Shown piece after piece: positions 1 through 9,316 of a DNA stretch of 64,000 nt. The notes beneath the pieces are model-generated. The model was not told the DNA's origin. It saw only the letters and a program-made list of their open reading frames with translations, and did no database searches. The stretch's first letter is position 1. Each line of letters opens with the position of its first letter. A program made the translations under genes and the position numbers. This DNA is from Planctomycetota bacterium. GTDB lineage: Bacteria; Planctomycetota; B15-G4. The stretch covers positions 2,016,001-2,080,000 of the forward strand of contig CBDFJQ010000002.1 in NCBI GenBank assembly GCA_965248575.1. Reading direction: 5' to 3'.

Positions 1-2
1 GT

Positions 3-875
3 CTGGCCGTCACGCGCACGCACACCTTGCTGCAAGAACTCAAGGACGTCTTCCCCCAGCCGTTGGTGACCCACTTCCTGAGTGAGTTCGCCGCCCTGGA
101 GGACGCGACACGGCCGGCCCGCGACGGGGATGTGTTCCTCCACCATGTGCGGTCAGACGAGAGCCTCAGCAAGTCCGCGAGCTTGCGCCCCTTGTTCAAG
201 CGCGCAGAGGCCATGCGCCGGAACGCGCGCCGGCGCACGGCGGCGACCCTGGAGGCTCCGCGCTTCCAGACGCTGAAGGAAACCTGGCGCGTCTTCCTCG
301 AGTCGCCGGACTCCTCCCTGCCTCTCCCGGAACAGGCGCCCAACAGCCTGCGGGTCGTGGCCGGCAAGCGGCTGCTGCGACATCACCGCAAGTTGCTGAA
401 GGCCCAGGAGCGTCTGAATCAAGCCAAGCCGGATCGCGAACGGGAACTGGGGCGCGTGCTCAAGCTGACGTCGAGCATGGAGCATCTGCTGGACTGCACC
501 CGGCCCGTCTTTGAGCAGGTATCTGGCCAGGACCCGACACGGGCCATGGCGCTTGAACGCATCGTGCGTGACGTCGCACGGCTGCAGTCCTCGCTGCGCC
601 AGTGGAATCAGGTCCGGGTGCACGAGGCCCTGTTGACCGACATCGCCGACGGCATGGTCACTGACGGGCGTGCCAACCCCGACACATTGCTCGGCATGGG
701 GCGCCACGCGGAGCAGCTCCGAGCGGAGGGCCGAAAGGCACTCAAGAAGGCCTCCAAGCGCCTCGCCCGGCTGTGCAAGCGCACGAGCTGCGAACGCATG
801 CGCCTGGTGTTTTCAGCTCGGCAGGCGGGCGAGTCTGCCGCTTCGTCGCAGGCCACGGGCGAGGCCACAGCATGA
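3..875 (+). CDS. CHAD domain protein (polyphosphate-binding), 5' truncated by window edge
   Basis: Frame open from window start (LAVTRTHTLLQELKDVF); all-helical, Arg/Lys-rich; CHAD-like segments 'ATRPARDGDVF' and 'LQSSLRQWNQVRVH'; stop overlaps next ATG (ATGA 872-875). Confidence 0.65.
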   Translation: MAVTRTHTLLQELKDVFPQPLVTHFLSEFAALEDATRPARDGDVFLHHVRSDESLSKSASLRPLFKRAEAMRRNARRRTAATLEAPRFQTLKETWRVFLESPDSSLPLPEQAPNSLRVVAGKRLLRHHRKLLKAQERLNQAKPDRERELGRVLKLTSSMEHLLDCTRPVFEQVSGQDPTRAMALERIVRDVARLQSSLRQWNQVRVHEALLTDIADGMVTDGRANPDTLLGMGRHAEQLRAEGRKALKKASKRLARLCKRTSCERMRLVFSARQAGESAASSQATGEATA

Positions 876-2521
876 AGGTCTATGCCATCTACAACATCAA
901 GGGAGGCGTGGGCAAGACGGCGGCGGCGGTCAACCTGGCGTGGCTCTCCGCCCAGGACGGTGCGCGGACCCTGCTGTGGGACCTGGACCCCCAAGGCGCC
1001 GCGAGCTTCACCTATCGCATCAAGCCTGGCGTGAGCGGCGGCAGCAAGCGCCTCATGGCCAACAACGATGCCCTGCTCCTGTCCATCAAGGGCACGGACT
1101 ACGAAGGCCTCGACGTGCTGCCCGCCGACTTCAGCTACCGCAACCTCGACCTGCTGCTGGACCAACAGAAGAAACGCATGCGCAAACTGTCGCGCGTGCT
1201 CGAGCCCCTGGCAGCGGAGTACGACACCGTCTTCATCGACTGCGCACCAGGCATCTCGCTCGTCTCGGAGAACGTGTTTGCGGCGGCAGACGTGCTGCTG
1301 GTCCCCACCATCCCCACTGTGCTCTCCCTGCGCACCTTGGGGCGGCTCATGAAGCACCTCGGCCAGGTGAAGCGCCGCCCCGCGCGAGTGCTCCCGTTCT
1401 TCGCCATGGTCGACCGACGCAAGGCCTTGCACAAGAAGGTCTGCCGCTGGGCTCTCGAGAACAGTCGGGGCTTCCTGGAGAGCTCCATCCCCTACGCGAG
1501 CCTCGTGGAACAAATGGGGGTGCGCCGCAAACCGGTCGTCGCCTTCGCCCCACGCAGCGGCCCGTCCAAGGCGTTCAGCGCTCTGTGGCAGGAGATCGGT
1601 TCGCGCCTCCAGGAGCAGAAGTCCGCCGTGATCGCGCCTCCCGGCCGCAAGACGGTGCAACGCCTGCTGCATGACCTGCAGCCCTCCGAGGCCACTCGCT
1701 TGCCCAGCGCAGTGGAAGCCGATTCGGACATCTCCGGACTCGAGCTGGACCCGACGCCCCCGACTGCGGCAACAACGCGCGTGCCCAGCCGGGCCCAAGC
1801 CCCGGCGCCCGAGTCATCACGGGAATCGGGGTCCCCCACTGCAAGCGAACTCGAGATCAAGCTGCGCGTCTCCAGCGAGGAAGACTTCGCCCTGCTCGGC
1901 CGTGTTCTCCCCGCCCTCGGGGATGTGCTCGCCGTCCAACCCACCGAACAGTTGAATCACTTCTTCGACACCAGCGATTGGGCCCTCCAGCGCCATGCCT
2001 GCACCCTGCGGCTGCGAGAGGAAGCGGGAGTGTTCACCGTCACTGCGAAGGGCCCTGCAGAGGCGGGCACTGATGCGACGCTGACACGGCGAGCCGAAGA
2101 AGAGGTGGCCATCGATGCCGCGCGGGCTCGTCAGATCCTGGCAGGCAAGCTCTCACCCTTGGATGCGCTCCAACTGCGCCACGGTGGTGTGTCCACGACC
2201 TTGACCACCGTCTTGGCGCGAACCCTGGGCCAGCGCCCGCTCTTCCATGTGGGTTCCTTCCGGAACCAACGTCGTCGTCTCGAGCCCGTCGAGGTGCCCA
2301 CCCACGGAGGCGGGTCGATCCCGGTCCAGTTCGAGATGGATCGAACCGAGTTTCCGCACGGACGCATCGACCACGAGATCGAGGTGGAGTTGAGGGAGGG
2401 CGACGTCGCAACCGTCCGTGAGGCGCTGCGTGTGCTCTTCGCGAGGGCGGGTATTCCCTGGCGATCGGCACCGAGCAAGGCCTCGCGCTTCTTCGGAACG
2501 CTGGCTCGGGAGACGGCCTAG
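872..2521 (+). CDS. ParA/Soj-family ATPase fused via a Pro/Ser/Thr-rich linker to a C-terminal CYTH (triphosphate tunnel metalloenzyme) domain
   Basis: Deviant Walker A KGGVGKT, DLDPQG, IDCAPG; C-terminal ExExK motif (ELEIKLRV), LRLR, EMDRTEF, EIEVE, SKASR. Confidence 0.85.
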   Translation: MKVYAIYNIKGGVGKTAAAVNLAWLSAQDGARTLLWDLDPQGAASFTYRIKPGVSGGSKRLMANNDALLLSIKGTDYEGLDVLPADFSYRNLDLLLDQQKKRMRKLSRVLEPLAAEYDTVFIDCAPGISLVSENVFAAADVLLVPTIPTVLSLRTLGRLMKHLGQVKRRPARVLPFFAMVDRRKALHKKVCRWALENSRGFLESSIPYASLVEQMGVRRKPVVAFAPRSGPSKAFSALWQEIGSRLQEQKSAVIAPPGRKTVQRLLHDLQPSEATRLPSAVEADSDISGLELDPTPPTAATTRVPSRAQAPAPESSRESGSPTASELEIKLRVSSEEDFALLGRVLPALGDVLAVQPTEQLNHFFDTSDWALQRHACTLRLREEAGVFTVTAKGPAEAGTDATLTRRAEEEVAIDAARARQILAGKLSPLDALQLRHGGVSTTLTTVLARTLGQRPLFHVGSFRNQRRRLEPVEVPTHGGGSIPVQFEMDRTEFPHGRIDHEIEVELREGDVATVREALRVLFARAGIPWRSAPSKASRFFGTLARETA

Positions 2522-5091
2522 GGCGAGCCCTCCAAGGCGCTCAGGGCGATCACCGCCATGGCTGTTCCGTAGGCGCGGCCCAGCAACATGGTGTCCACGA
2601 ACGAACCGTCTGCTCCCTGCGCCCGCAGCACATCGCGGCGCACGGCATCGGCATAACGACCTTGCTGTCGGCGCGGCAGATCGGCCACGGCGGCGGCAGC
2701 ATTTGCGTAGTCGAACATCAGGTAGTGCGAGCCCTGACCAGCGGCCCCTGTATGCATGAGGGTCTTGCCCAACTCCTTGGCGAAACCCGCCTGGTACTCC
2801 ACGTAGATGTCCAGCGCCGCCCGGATCTGCTCCAGCTCGCCGGCACCGGCCAGCCACAGCGCGCGCGCACAAAGCGGGCCTCGGGCGGCCTCACCGGCAG
2901 GGTTGCTCTTGCGTCCCTCCGCCTCATTGGCGTGATTCATAGTGTAGAGCCAAGTGCCGTTCTCCTGGCGCATGCGCTTCAAGCAATCCACGGCGGGCTC
3001 GAACATGCCCTCGGGAAGTTCCCACTCCCCTCGCCTGGCGTGGTTCATGGACAACACGGCAGCCGCCGTGGTGAAGCTCATGGACACAGCCGCTGGTCCT
3101 GAGTCCGCAGCCAGGTCACCCGTCAGGTAGTAGCTCCAGCCTCCACCTTCCTGCTGGCGCTCGGAAAGTTCCTGGAACGCCAACAGCACCCGATCCGCCA
3201 CGGCTTCGCGATCTCCGAAGCCGGCCTCATGGGCCTCCATCAAGGCCCACGCCAGGTAGGACCGGCTCCAGACCGAGTAGTCCATGTAGTAAGGGGGCTC
3301 GCCCTCGGCGATGAGCCGGTCGTGGGTTTCATGCAACCAGTCGAGGGCGCGTTCGATGGCCGACTGCACACGGCGCTCCTTGCCCAACCGATGCTCTGTC
3401 AACAACGCCTGAACACACAGGGCCGTGATGGCGACCTCGAATTCATCCGGCAGCCGCCAGCCGGCACGTTCGGCCTCCGTGACCGCCAACCACGAGCCGT
3501 CCGCTTGCTGGTGTTCGAGCAGAAAGCCCACGCCGGCGGCCCGGGCTTCACGGGCTCGGCCTCGTACAGCTCTCGAAGAACTGCTGCCGCCCCCTGAGGA
3601 CAAGAAATCAGGCGGCCGGACCTCCCAGGCCATGTCGGTGTTCAGCTCGCCCGGCAACCAGACCCGCGGCGCCACATAACCGAGCCCCCAGGCCGTGCTG
3701 CTGAGAACGGCCGCGGCCTGCCACGCCCAGCGCGTCTGGCCGTGCTCTTCCACGATGCGCCGGAGCAACTCCTCCGCAGCTTCCGTCTGCTCCAGGCTTC
3801 CCACCAGCGCGCCCAACAGCAAGAGCGCTTCCGGTCGCCGCTCGTGCTCCGGCGCCTGCTCCAGGAAGCTGTCGAGCGCCGCCCGCGCTCGCGGCGCGTC
3901 ACTCATCAGGATGCGCAGGCGCGCCTCATCCAACATCAAGTCAACCGTGAGGTCGTCCTGGGCAAGCTCTCGTGCCCGATCGAGGGCTTCCAGCGCGGCA
4001 GGTCCGTTCAACTCGCGACGCGACATCTGGGATTCCAGGCGCTGGGCCCAAGCGGCCTCGCACCCCTCCAGGAGTGAGCGCGCGCTCTCGAACTCGCCGC
4101 GTTGCACCAGGAGGTTCGCCCGCTGCTCAAGCGCCCCCTCGGGCCGCTCTCGCTTCCCACGAGCAGCGCGCAGCTTGGAGGCGCCGCGCAGGCTGATGTT
4201 CTCCCGCAAGAAGCGTTCACTGGGACGCTGCTGCTCCTTCAGCACCTCCCCATCCGGCGTGACCAACATCACGGCCTGCCCGAAGGTGTTGGGGCCCAGC
4301 CCGTAGACCTCGTGATCGTCCAGCAAGGTCTGCATGCCCTTCGTCAGCCGGAAGGGCACGTAGTGGTGCTGCAACAGATCGACCACATCGCGATCCATGA
4401 ACACACCGCTCATCAGGTCATCGTCCAACGCAAAGCCCGTGTACTGACGGGTCGAGAGCATGATCAGCTTTCCCTCGGCTCGCGCCCGCTCCACGGCCGC
4501 GTCCCAGTCGGGAGCCCAATCGATCTCACTGCCACAATGTGCCGCGAGGGCTTTGAGCGCCAGGCGGTCGGCGTGTTCCGCGCTCGGTTCTGCTAACTCC
4601 AGCTTGTTCCAGAACTCCAGGAAGCTGGGCAGCAGCTGCTCGAACTCGCTGGCCGCGGCCGCGCTCTCGAGGATCAGCAACTGCCCGTCGCGGACCAGGT
4701 AGTTCTGCCGCAGGCGGAAACTCCCGGCTTCCGTTTCCAAGCGCAACTGGAGGCCCGGCAGTTCTTCACCCAACAGGCTGTCGGATCGCTTGCTGAGCTC
4801 GTCATAACCCTCGCGCCCCTCGACGGAGGAGAACGACACGGCCTGGGCCGTGCTGGCGTCCATGCCCATCGCCGGCTGCATGCGGAGCTTCAGCTGGAGC
4901 TGTCCCCCTCCACTCCGAGGGCCGAAGACCACCTCGAGCTTCTCAGCCGAGGGCGAGTCATCCCTGAAGACCCACTCTTCAGGCAGAGGGAGCGACACGC
5001 CAAAGGCCTCGCTCGAGTAGCGCTCCTGCGCGTGAACCGTGCTCGCCAAGACAGTCACCAGCATCAGGCAACCGAGCAGGCGGCGAGCCAT
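2518..5091 (-). CDS. Secreted multidomain protein: signal peptide, PsbP/DcrB-like domain, thioredoxin-like domain, TPR region, C-terminal prenyltransferase/squalene-cyclase-type repeats
   Basis: Signal-like MARRLLGCLMLVTVLASTVHA; 'IDWAPDWDAAVERARAEGKLIML'; TPR-like helices; QW-like repeats QQADGSW, QQEGGGW, RQENGTW, QGADGSF. Start chosen at 5091. Confidence 0.65.
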   Translation of the reverse strand: MARRLLGCLMLVTVLASTVHAQERYSSEAFGVSLPLPEEWVFRDDSPSAEKLEVVFGPRSGGGQLQLKLRMQPAMGMDASTAQAVSFSSVEGREGYDELSKRSDSLLGEELPGLQLRLETEAGSFRLRQNYLVRDGQLLILESAAAASEFEQLLPSFLEFWNKLELAEPSAEHADRLALKALAAHCGSEIDWAPDWDAAVERARAEGKLIMLSTRQYTGFALDDDLMSGVFMDRDVVDLLQHHYVPFRLTKGMQTLLDDHEVYGLGPNTFGQAVMLVTPDGEVLKEQQRPSERFLRENISLRGASKLRAARGKRERPEGALEQRANLLVQRGEFESARSLLEGCEAAWAQRLESQMSRRELNGPAALEALDRARELAQDDLTVDLMLDEARLRILMSDAPRARAALDSFLEQAPEHERRPEALLLLGALVGSLEQTEAAEELLRRIVEEHGQTRWAWQAAAVLSSTAWGLGYVAPRVWLPGELNTDMAWEVRPPDFLSSGGGSSSSRAVRGRAREARAAGVGFLLEHQQADGSWLAVTEAERAGWRLPDEFEVAITALCVQALLTEHRLGKERRVQSAIERALDWLHETHDRLIAEGEPPYYMDYSVWSRSYLAWALMEAHEAGFGDREAVADRVLLAFQELSERQQEGGGWSYYLTGDLAADSGPAAVSMSFTTAAAVLSMNHARRGEWELPEGMFEPAVDCLKRMRQENGTWLYTMNHANEAEGRKSNPAGEAARGPLCARALWLAGAGELEQIRAALDIYVEYQAGFAKELGKTLMHTGAAGQGSHYLMFDYANAAAAVADLPRRQQGRYADAVRRDVLRAQGADGSFVDTMLLGRAYGTAMAVIALSALEGSP

Positions 5092-5235
5092 GGACGGGGC
5101 GCAGAGCATGAGCGATCTCCCGGGGATCTGCAGCTTGGGAAGAGGTCGAGTATGCTCCCTACGCCCACTGGCGACCAGCATGCCGCCTCTGACGATCCAC
5201 GTGACGACGCACGTGAACACCCTGATGGACACCCC

Positions 5236-5850
5236 ATGAATCAGCGTCTCCTTGGCCCACACCTGCTCTTGCTGTTGCTCGCGTGCACGCTGGGCTTCGC
5301 GCCCAACGTGAGTGCGCAGCTGTCCGGGCTCAGTGGCCGAGCAGCCTTCCTGAACCAGCCCGCCCCCAAGCCTCCGACTGCCGAGACCTGGTTCTTCGAT
5401 GAGAGCACCAGCGGCGCCGACATCAGCTGGGTCTCACCCGGCATGGTCGATCCCGCGGCCATCACCTACCTGGTGCAGCTCGACATCGACACGGTCGAGG
5501 TCAGCGTGTCGTTCCTGGGCATTCCCTTCGGCTCCTTCGATGTGACCGACCAGGTGCCGCCCGACATGCTCAGCAGCTCGTCTGCTGTGCCTGGGCCCGC
5601 GCCCTTGGCTTTCTTGAACCAAGCGGTGGTGGCCCCCCCTCCGCCCGACCCGGTCGCCTTGGGTGCCGTACTCAGCGCCGGGCTGAGCGACCAGGGCAGC
5701 GCCTTGGTCAATGCCACCAATGTCATGTTGGGCACGACGGTAGTGGATCTGGGCGCACCGTTCGGCACGGTGACCGTCAACATCACCGGCTTCCGGATCC
5801 AGGGCAGCGTGCGCATCGCGTCGGTGCCATGGAGGCTGCTGCCCATCTAG
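5236..5850 (+). CDS. Secreted hypothetical beta-rich protein
   Basis: Signal peptide MNQRLLGPHLLLLLLACTLGFAPNVSA; coding-like codon usage. Confidence 0.7.
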   Translation: MNQRLLGPHLLLLLLACTLGFAPNVSAQLSGLSGRAAFLNQPAPKPPTAETWFFDESTSGADISWVSPGMVDPAAITYLVQLDIDTVEVSVSFLGIPFGSFDVTDQVPPDMLSSSSAVPGPAPLAFLNQAVVAPPPPDPVALGAVLSAGLSDQGSALVNATNVMLGTTVVDLGAPFGTVTVNITGFRIQGSVRIASVPWRLLPI

Positions 5851-5881
5851 AGCGGGCAACACGACGACAGGGGGCACTGCG

Positions 5882-6310
5882 ATGACAGGCGGCAAGAGCA
5901 ATGGCAGCGGCTACGACCCGAGTCGACACGGCCCGCGCCGAGTCGTCAGCGAGGGCTTCCATGAAAAGGTGTGGGACGTCGTCTGCAGCGTGCCGAGTGG
6001 TTCGGTCACGACGTTCGGCGACATCGCAGCGGCCCTCGGGTTGCGGTCCGTGGCACGACAGGTGGGCTGGGCGCTCGCCGCCCTGCCGCCCGGCACCGAG
6101 GACGTCCCCTGGCACCGCGTGGTCAACGCCCAAGGCCAACTGAGCCGGCGCGCCGACGGCCAGCCCAGCCAGGAGCAAGCGCAGCGCCTGGCGCGGGAGG
6201 GCCTCAAGGTGTCCGAGCAGGGGCGGGTGCTGAACTTCGCCAAGCACCGCCAGCCCTTGGATGACCTGGGTCAGTCCGGTGACATGGGTCAGCCCATGCA
6301 GCGCGGCTGA
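5882..6310 (+). CDS. MGMT-family alkyltransferase-like (Atl/YbaZ-type) DNA-binding protein
   Basis: 'VPSGSVTTFGDIA', 'ARQVGWAL', PWHRVV (Trp replaces the catalytic Cys of PCHRV). Confidence 0.9.
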   Translation: MTGGKSNGSGYDPSRHGPRRVVSEGFHEKVWDVVCSVPSGSVTTFGDIAAALGLRSVARQVGWALAALPPGTEDVPWHRVVNAQGQLSRRADGQPSQEQAQRLAREGLKVSEQGRVLNFAKHRQPLDDLGQSGDMGQPMQRG

Positions 6311-6311
6311 G

Positions 6312-7517
6312 TCAGCCCAGCGCGTCCAAGGCGTCCTCCGCCTGGTCGAAATCCTCATCGACGGCCAGCGCCTTCTCGTAACTGGCTCGCGCCAGATCGT
6401 CGCGCCCGAGCTGCTCGTAGACCTGCCCCTGGCGCCAGTGGGACGTAGCGAGGCCGGGCAGGAACTCGCCGTAGGGTTCTGCTCGTTCGTATTCCTGGAA
6501 CGCAGCGAGCGCCATCTCCAGGTCTTGCTTCGCCTCCACGCGCAGCACGGCGCGATGGTAGAGAGCCAGGTAGTACTTCGCCGTGTGCGGGCCACCCAGC
6601 ACGGAGTCATAGCGGGTTGCCGCCTCATCCAGCCGTTGTTCCTCGTGCAGCATGCGCGCCACGCTGAGCTGCAAGCTCTGGTCACCTGGGTACGATTGCA
6701 GCACCTCTTCGCAAGCCTTGAGCGCCTCGTCCACCTGTTCCTCCTGGGCGTAGGAGAGGGCGCGCATGAGTCCCGCCCGACGCGGGTCATCCTGATCGAG
6801 GTCGTCGCAGAGGCGCCGCGCCTGCTCCGTGTCCCCACCCAGGAGCCCGGGCGCAAACAGCATGTATCCGATCTGGGCCGCCCTCGCCGAGAAGTTCTGG
6901 CGGTCCAACTCGATGGCTCGGGCGATGAGGTCCTTGTAGGTGCCGAGCGAGCTCATCGCTGTGAGGAGGCCGCCCACGCGCATCTGCTCTGCGATGGCCT
7001 TGGCATGTTGCAGGTGCGCCTCACTGTGTTGGGGGAGCAGGGCCGTCGCCTGTTCGCCGAACTCCACCGCCTGCTGTACTTCGCCCAACAAGCGCTTGGC
7101 TTCGCAGAGCGCCAGGCTCAGGCGCGCCTTGGTGTTGAGGGTGTTGAGGCTGCTGAGTTCCTCACTGACCGCTCCCGAACTCAACGAACGAAAGCGGGTC
7201 TGCAGGCGCGCAGCGACGCCACGAAGCGCCGGACGGTCGACGATGTGCGTCAGGTGCTCCAGGCGGGCCAGGTCTTCCACCAAGGAAGGCGCCGGGCCTG
7301 TCACCGAAGCTGTCACCGGTTCTAGAGCCACTGATTCAACGGCCCCACTGCCGGAGTGACTGGGTGCTTCCGTCAGCCCAAAGGCCGACCCCGCCAGGCC
7401 CTGCGGGTCACCGGCCGCTCGAAGAGGTTCCGCAAACCACATCCAGCCGCCGACACAGGCCAGCACGGTCACGAAGATCAGGGTGCGCACGAGTTTCCTC
7501 CCGGAGTGGGGCGCCAT
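6312..7517 (-). CDS. Membrane-anchored tetratricopeptide repeat protein
   Basis: N-terminal hydrophobic segment; multiple TPR motifs, e.g. 'GQVYEQLGRDDLARASYEKALAVD'. Confidence 0.8.
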   Translation of the reverse strand: MAPHSGRKLVRTLIFVTVLACVGGWMWFAEPLRAAGDPQGLAGSAFGLTEAPSHSGSGAVESVALEPVTASVTGPAPSLVEDLARLEHLTHIVDRPALRGVAARLQTRFRSLSSGAVSEELSSLNTLNTKARLSLALCEAKRLLGEVQQAVEFGEQATALLPQHSEAHLQHAKAIAEQMRVGGLLTAMSSLGTYKDLIARAIELDRQNFSARAAQIGYMLFAPGLLGGDTEQARRLCDDLDQDDPRRAGLMRALSYAQEEQVDEALKACEEVLQSYPGDQSLQLSVARMLHEEQRLDEAATRYDSVLGGPHTAKYYLALYHRAVLRVEAKQDLEMALAAFQEYERAEPYGEFLPGLATSHWRQGQVYEQLGRDDLARASYEKALAVDEDFDQAEDALDALG

Positions 7518-7634
7518 TCTGACCACTCAGCGCCCCACGGTGCGCGGCGAACCCGTGGCGTTGACGCGCCTCTCCCGTGGCTCCGCACTCGGCTCGAAGG
7601 TCCCGCAGACACCCGCCTGCAGGGCGCCGACGAC

Positions 7635-8210
7635 TCAGGGTGCCGACTCTCCCGGGCCGAGCAGTTGGGACAGCCTCGCCCGGGCGAAGGTCCACTCGCG
7701 CATCACCGTGCGTTCGGAAACATCGATTGCCAAGGCTGTTTCGGCCACGGATAGGCCCGCGAAGTAGCGTAGGCGAGCTACCTCCGCCGCCCGCGAGTCC
7801 TCCGACGCCAGGGACTCCAAGGCCTCATCGAGCGCCAACACCCTGTCGGGGTCATCGTGCCCCACCAGCTGACCGACGCTGAGCGACACCCGGACCCTGT
7901 CGCCGCCCCGCTTGTCCGCCTTGACCTTGCGCGCGTGGTCCACCAGCACGCGCCGCATGGCCTCGGCTGCCGCACCGAAGAAGTGGCGGCGGTTGGACCA
8001 CGCCATCTCCTTGTCCCCCACCAAGCGCATGTAGGCCTCGTGCACCAGAGCCGTGGCTTGCAGGGTGTGCGCCACCCGTTCGCTGTTCATGCGGCGCTGC
8101 GCCAGCTGCTTCAGCTCGTCGTACACGAGCGGGAGCAGCTGCGACCAGGCGTCCTCTGGGGTCACCTCTCCATCTAGGATGCGGGTGACATCGTGTTGCC
8201 TAGAGTTCAT
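7635..8210 (-). CDS. ECF-type RNA polymerase sigma factor, TIGR02999-like
   Basis: 'LLPLVYDELKQLA', 'HTLQATALVHEAYMRL', 'AAAEAMRRVLVDHAR..KRGG', 'SERTVMREWTFARARL'. Confidence 0.9.
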   Translation of the reverse strand: MNSRQHDVTRILDGEVTPEDAWSQLLPLVYDELKQLAQRRMNSERVAHTLQATALVHEAYMRLVGDKEMAWSNRRHFFGAAAEAMRRVLVDHARKVKADKRGGDRVRVSLSVGQLVGHDDPDRVLALDEALESLASEDSRAAEVARLRYFAGLSVAETALAIDVSERTVMREWTFARARLSQLLGPGESAP

Positions 8211-8260
8211 GCGCGCCTCGCTCCCACGCCCGACTGACGGGCCAACGACTGTGCACTCCA

Positions 8261-9046
8261 TCATGCCGAACGGGGCTTCCGGATGGGTAGCAGCATGGGC
8301 ACCCGGCGCCGGTACTCGCGATAGGAATCGCCGTGCGCACCGATCAGGTCGCGCTCCTCGAAGGCGATGCCGACGAACATGTAGAGGGTCGTCATGACGG
8401 CGTAGAACAGGTGGCCCCAGCTCATGCTGGGCGTGGCCCAGAAGGCAATGCAAAAGCCCAGCAGCAGGGGGTGACGCACCCACTGGTAGAGCGCCCGCTC
8501 CTGAAACTTCAGCTGGCTGTAGGGGGTCCCGCGGAAGTGCAGGACCACCTGGCGCAGGCCAAAGAGGTCGAAGTGATCGATGAGGAAGGTCGCCAACAGC
8601 ACCAAGCCCCAGCCGAGGGCTGCGATGCCGTAGATGACCCCGGACCAAAGCGGGCTCTCCACGCTCCAGACCTCGCCGCCGATGGGCCGCCACTGCCAGA
8701 ACATGCCGGCCAGGATCGCGATGGTCACCAGCACGAAGGTGCTGCGCTCAGCTGCAGCCGGGATGATGCGGGTCCACCAGGCCTTGAAGGCCGGGCGGGC
8801 CATGATCGTGTGCTGGACGGCGAACAGCCCCAGGAAGAGGCCGTTCACCAGCAGGGCCTCAAGCAATGGGACGGCCGGCCCGGAATCGATGGTCTTGGGC
8901 ACGAAGGCGCCAGCGACGAAGCCGATGGCATACAGGAACACCCCCAGGAAGGCGGTGTAGACGCTGATTCCGTAGAGCAGGACGAGAGTGCGTTGGGCCG
9001 CTCCGGAGGCAGAGGGGCTGCCTGAGGCCGTGATCGTGGTGGACAT
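8261..9046 (-). CDS. mddA: Methanethiol S-methyltransferase (MddA; ICMT/NnrU-like membrane methyltransferase)
   Basis: 'LFAVQHTIMARPAFKAWWTRIIP..AERSTFVL', 'TFLIDHFDLFGLRQV', 'LYQWVRHPL', 'FEERDL...YREYRRRVPMLLP'. Confidence 0.8.
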   Translation of the reverse strand: MSTTITASGSPSASGAAQRTLVLLYGISVYTAFLGVFLYAIGFVAGAFVPKTIDSGPAVPLLEALLVNGLFLGLFAVQHTIMARPAFKAWWTRIIPAAAERSTFVLVTIAILAGMFWQWRPIGGEVWSVESPLWSGVIYGIAALGWGLVLLATFLIDHFDLFGLRQVVLHFRGTPYSQLKFQERALYQWVRHPLLLGFCIAFWATPSMSWGHLFYAVMTTLYMFVGIAFEERDLIGAHGDSYREYRRRVPMLLPIRKPRSA

Positions 9047-9316
9047 GGGGCTGGGTTCCCTGAAATGGCGGTGAGGTCAGCGGCAAGGAAGGGATCCCTG
9101 CCCACCTCCCGTGGCGCGAAGCAGGCCCAGCGGCTGCCATCTTTTCTGGCCCCTCCCTCTGGCCCAGCACGTGACACGCGCGTGGCGCGGTAGCACGGAC
9201 CCCCGTCGCGGGGTGTAATGTCTTTTCAGGACGGAGGTTGCCGGGCAACGTTCGCCCGGGCCCTGCGCCCCACAGTCTCCCCGCGACCTCGGGTCGCACG
9301 CCTACGAGAGAGCCCC

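Noticed and set aside
872..1700. ParA as a sign of plasmid or chromosome partitioning
   Set aside because: No parB, parS or rep seen in the window; fused to CYTH in a CHAD context
2518..3560. Squalene-hopene cyclase call
   Set aside because: Only one barrel, no DxDD motif, and the protein is exported
5800..5850. Possible truncation of the shared C-terminal domain after 'SVPW'
   Set aside because: No remnant of the domain found downstream; the next gene starts 31 bp after the stop
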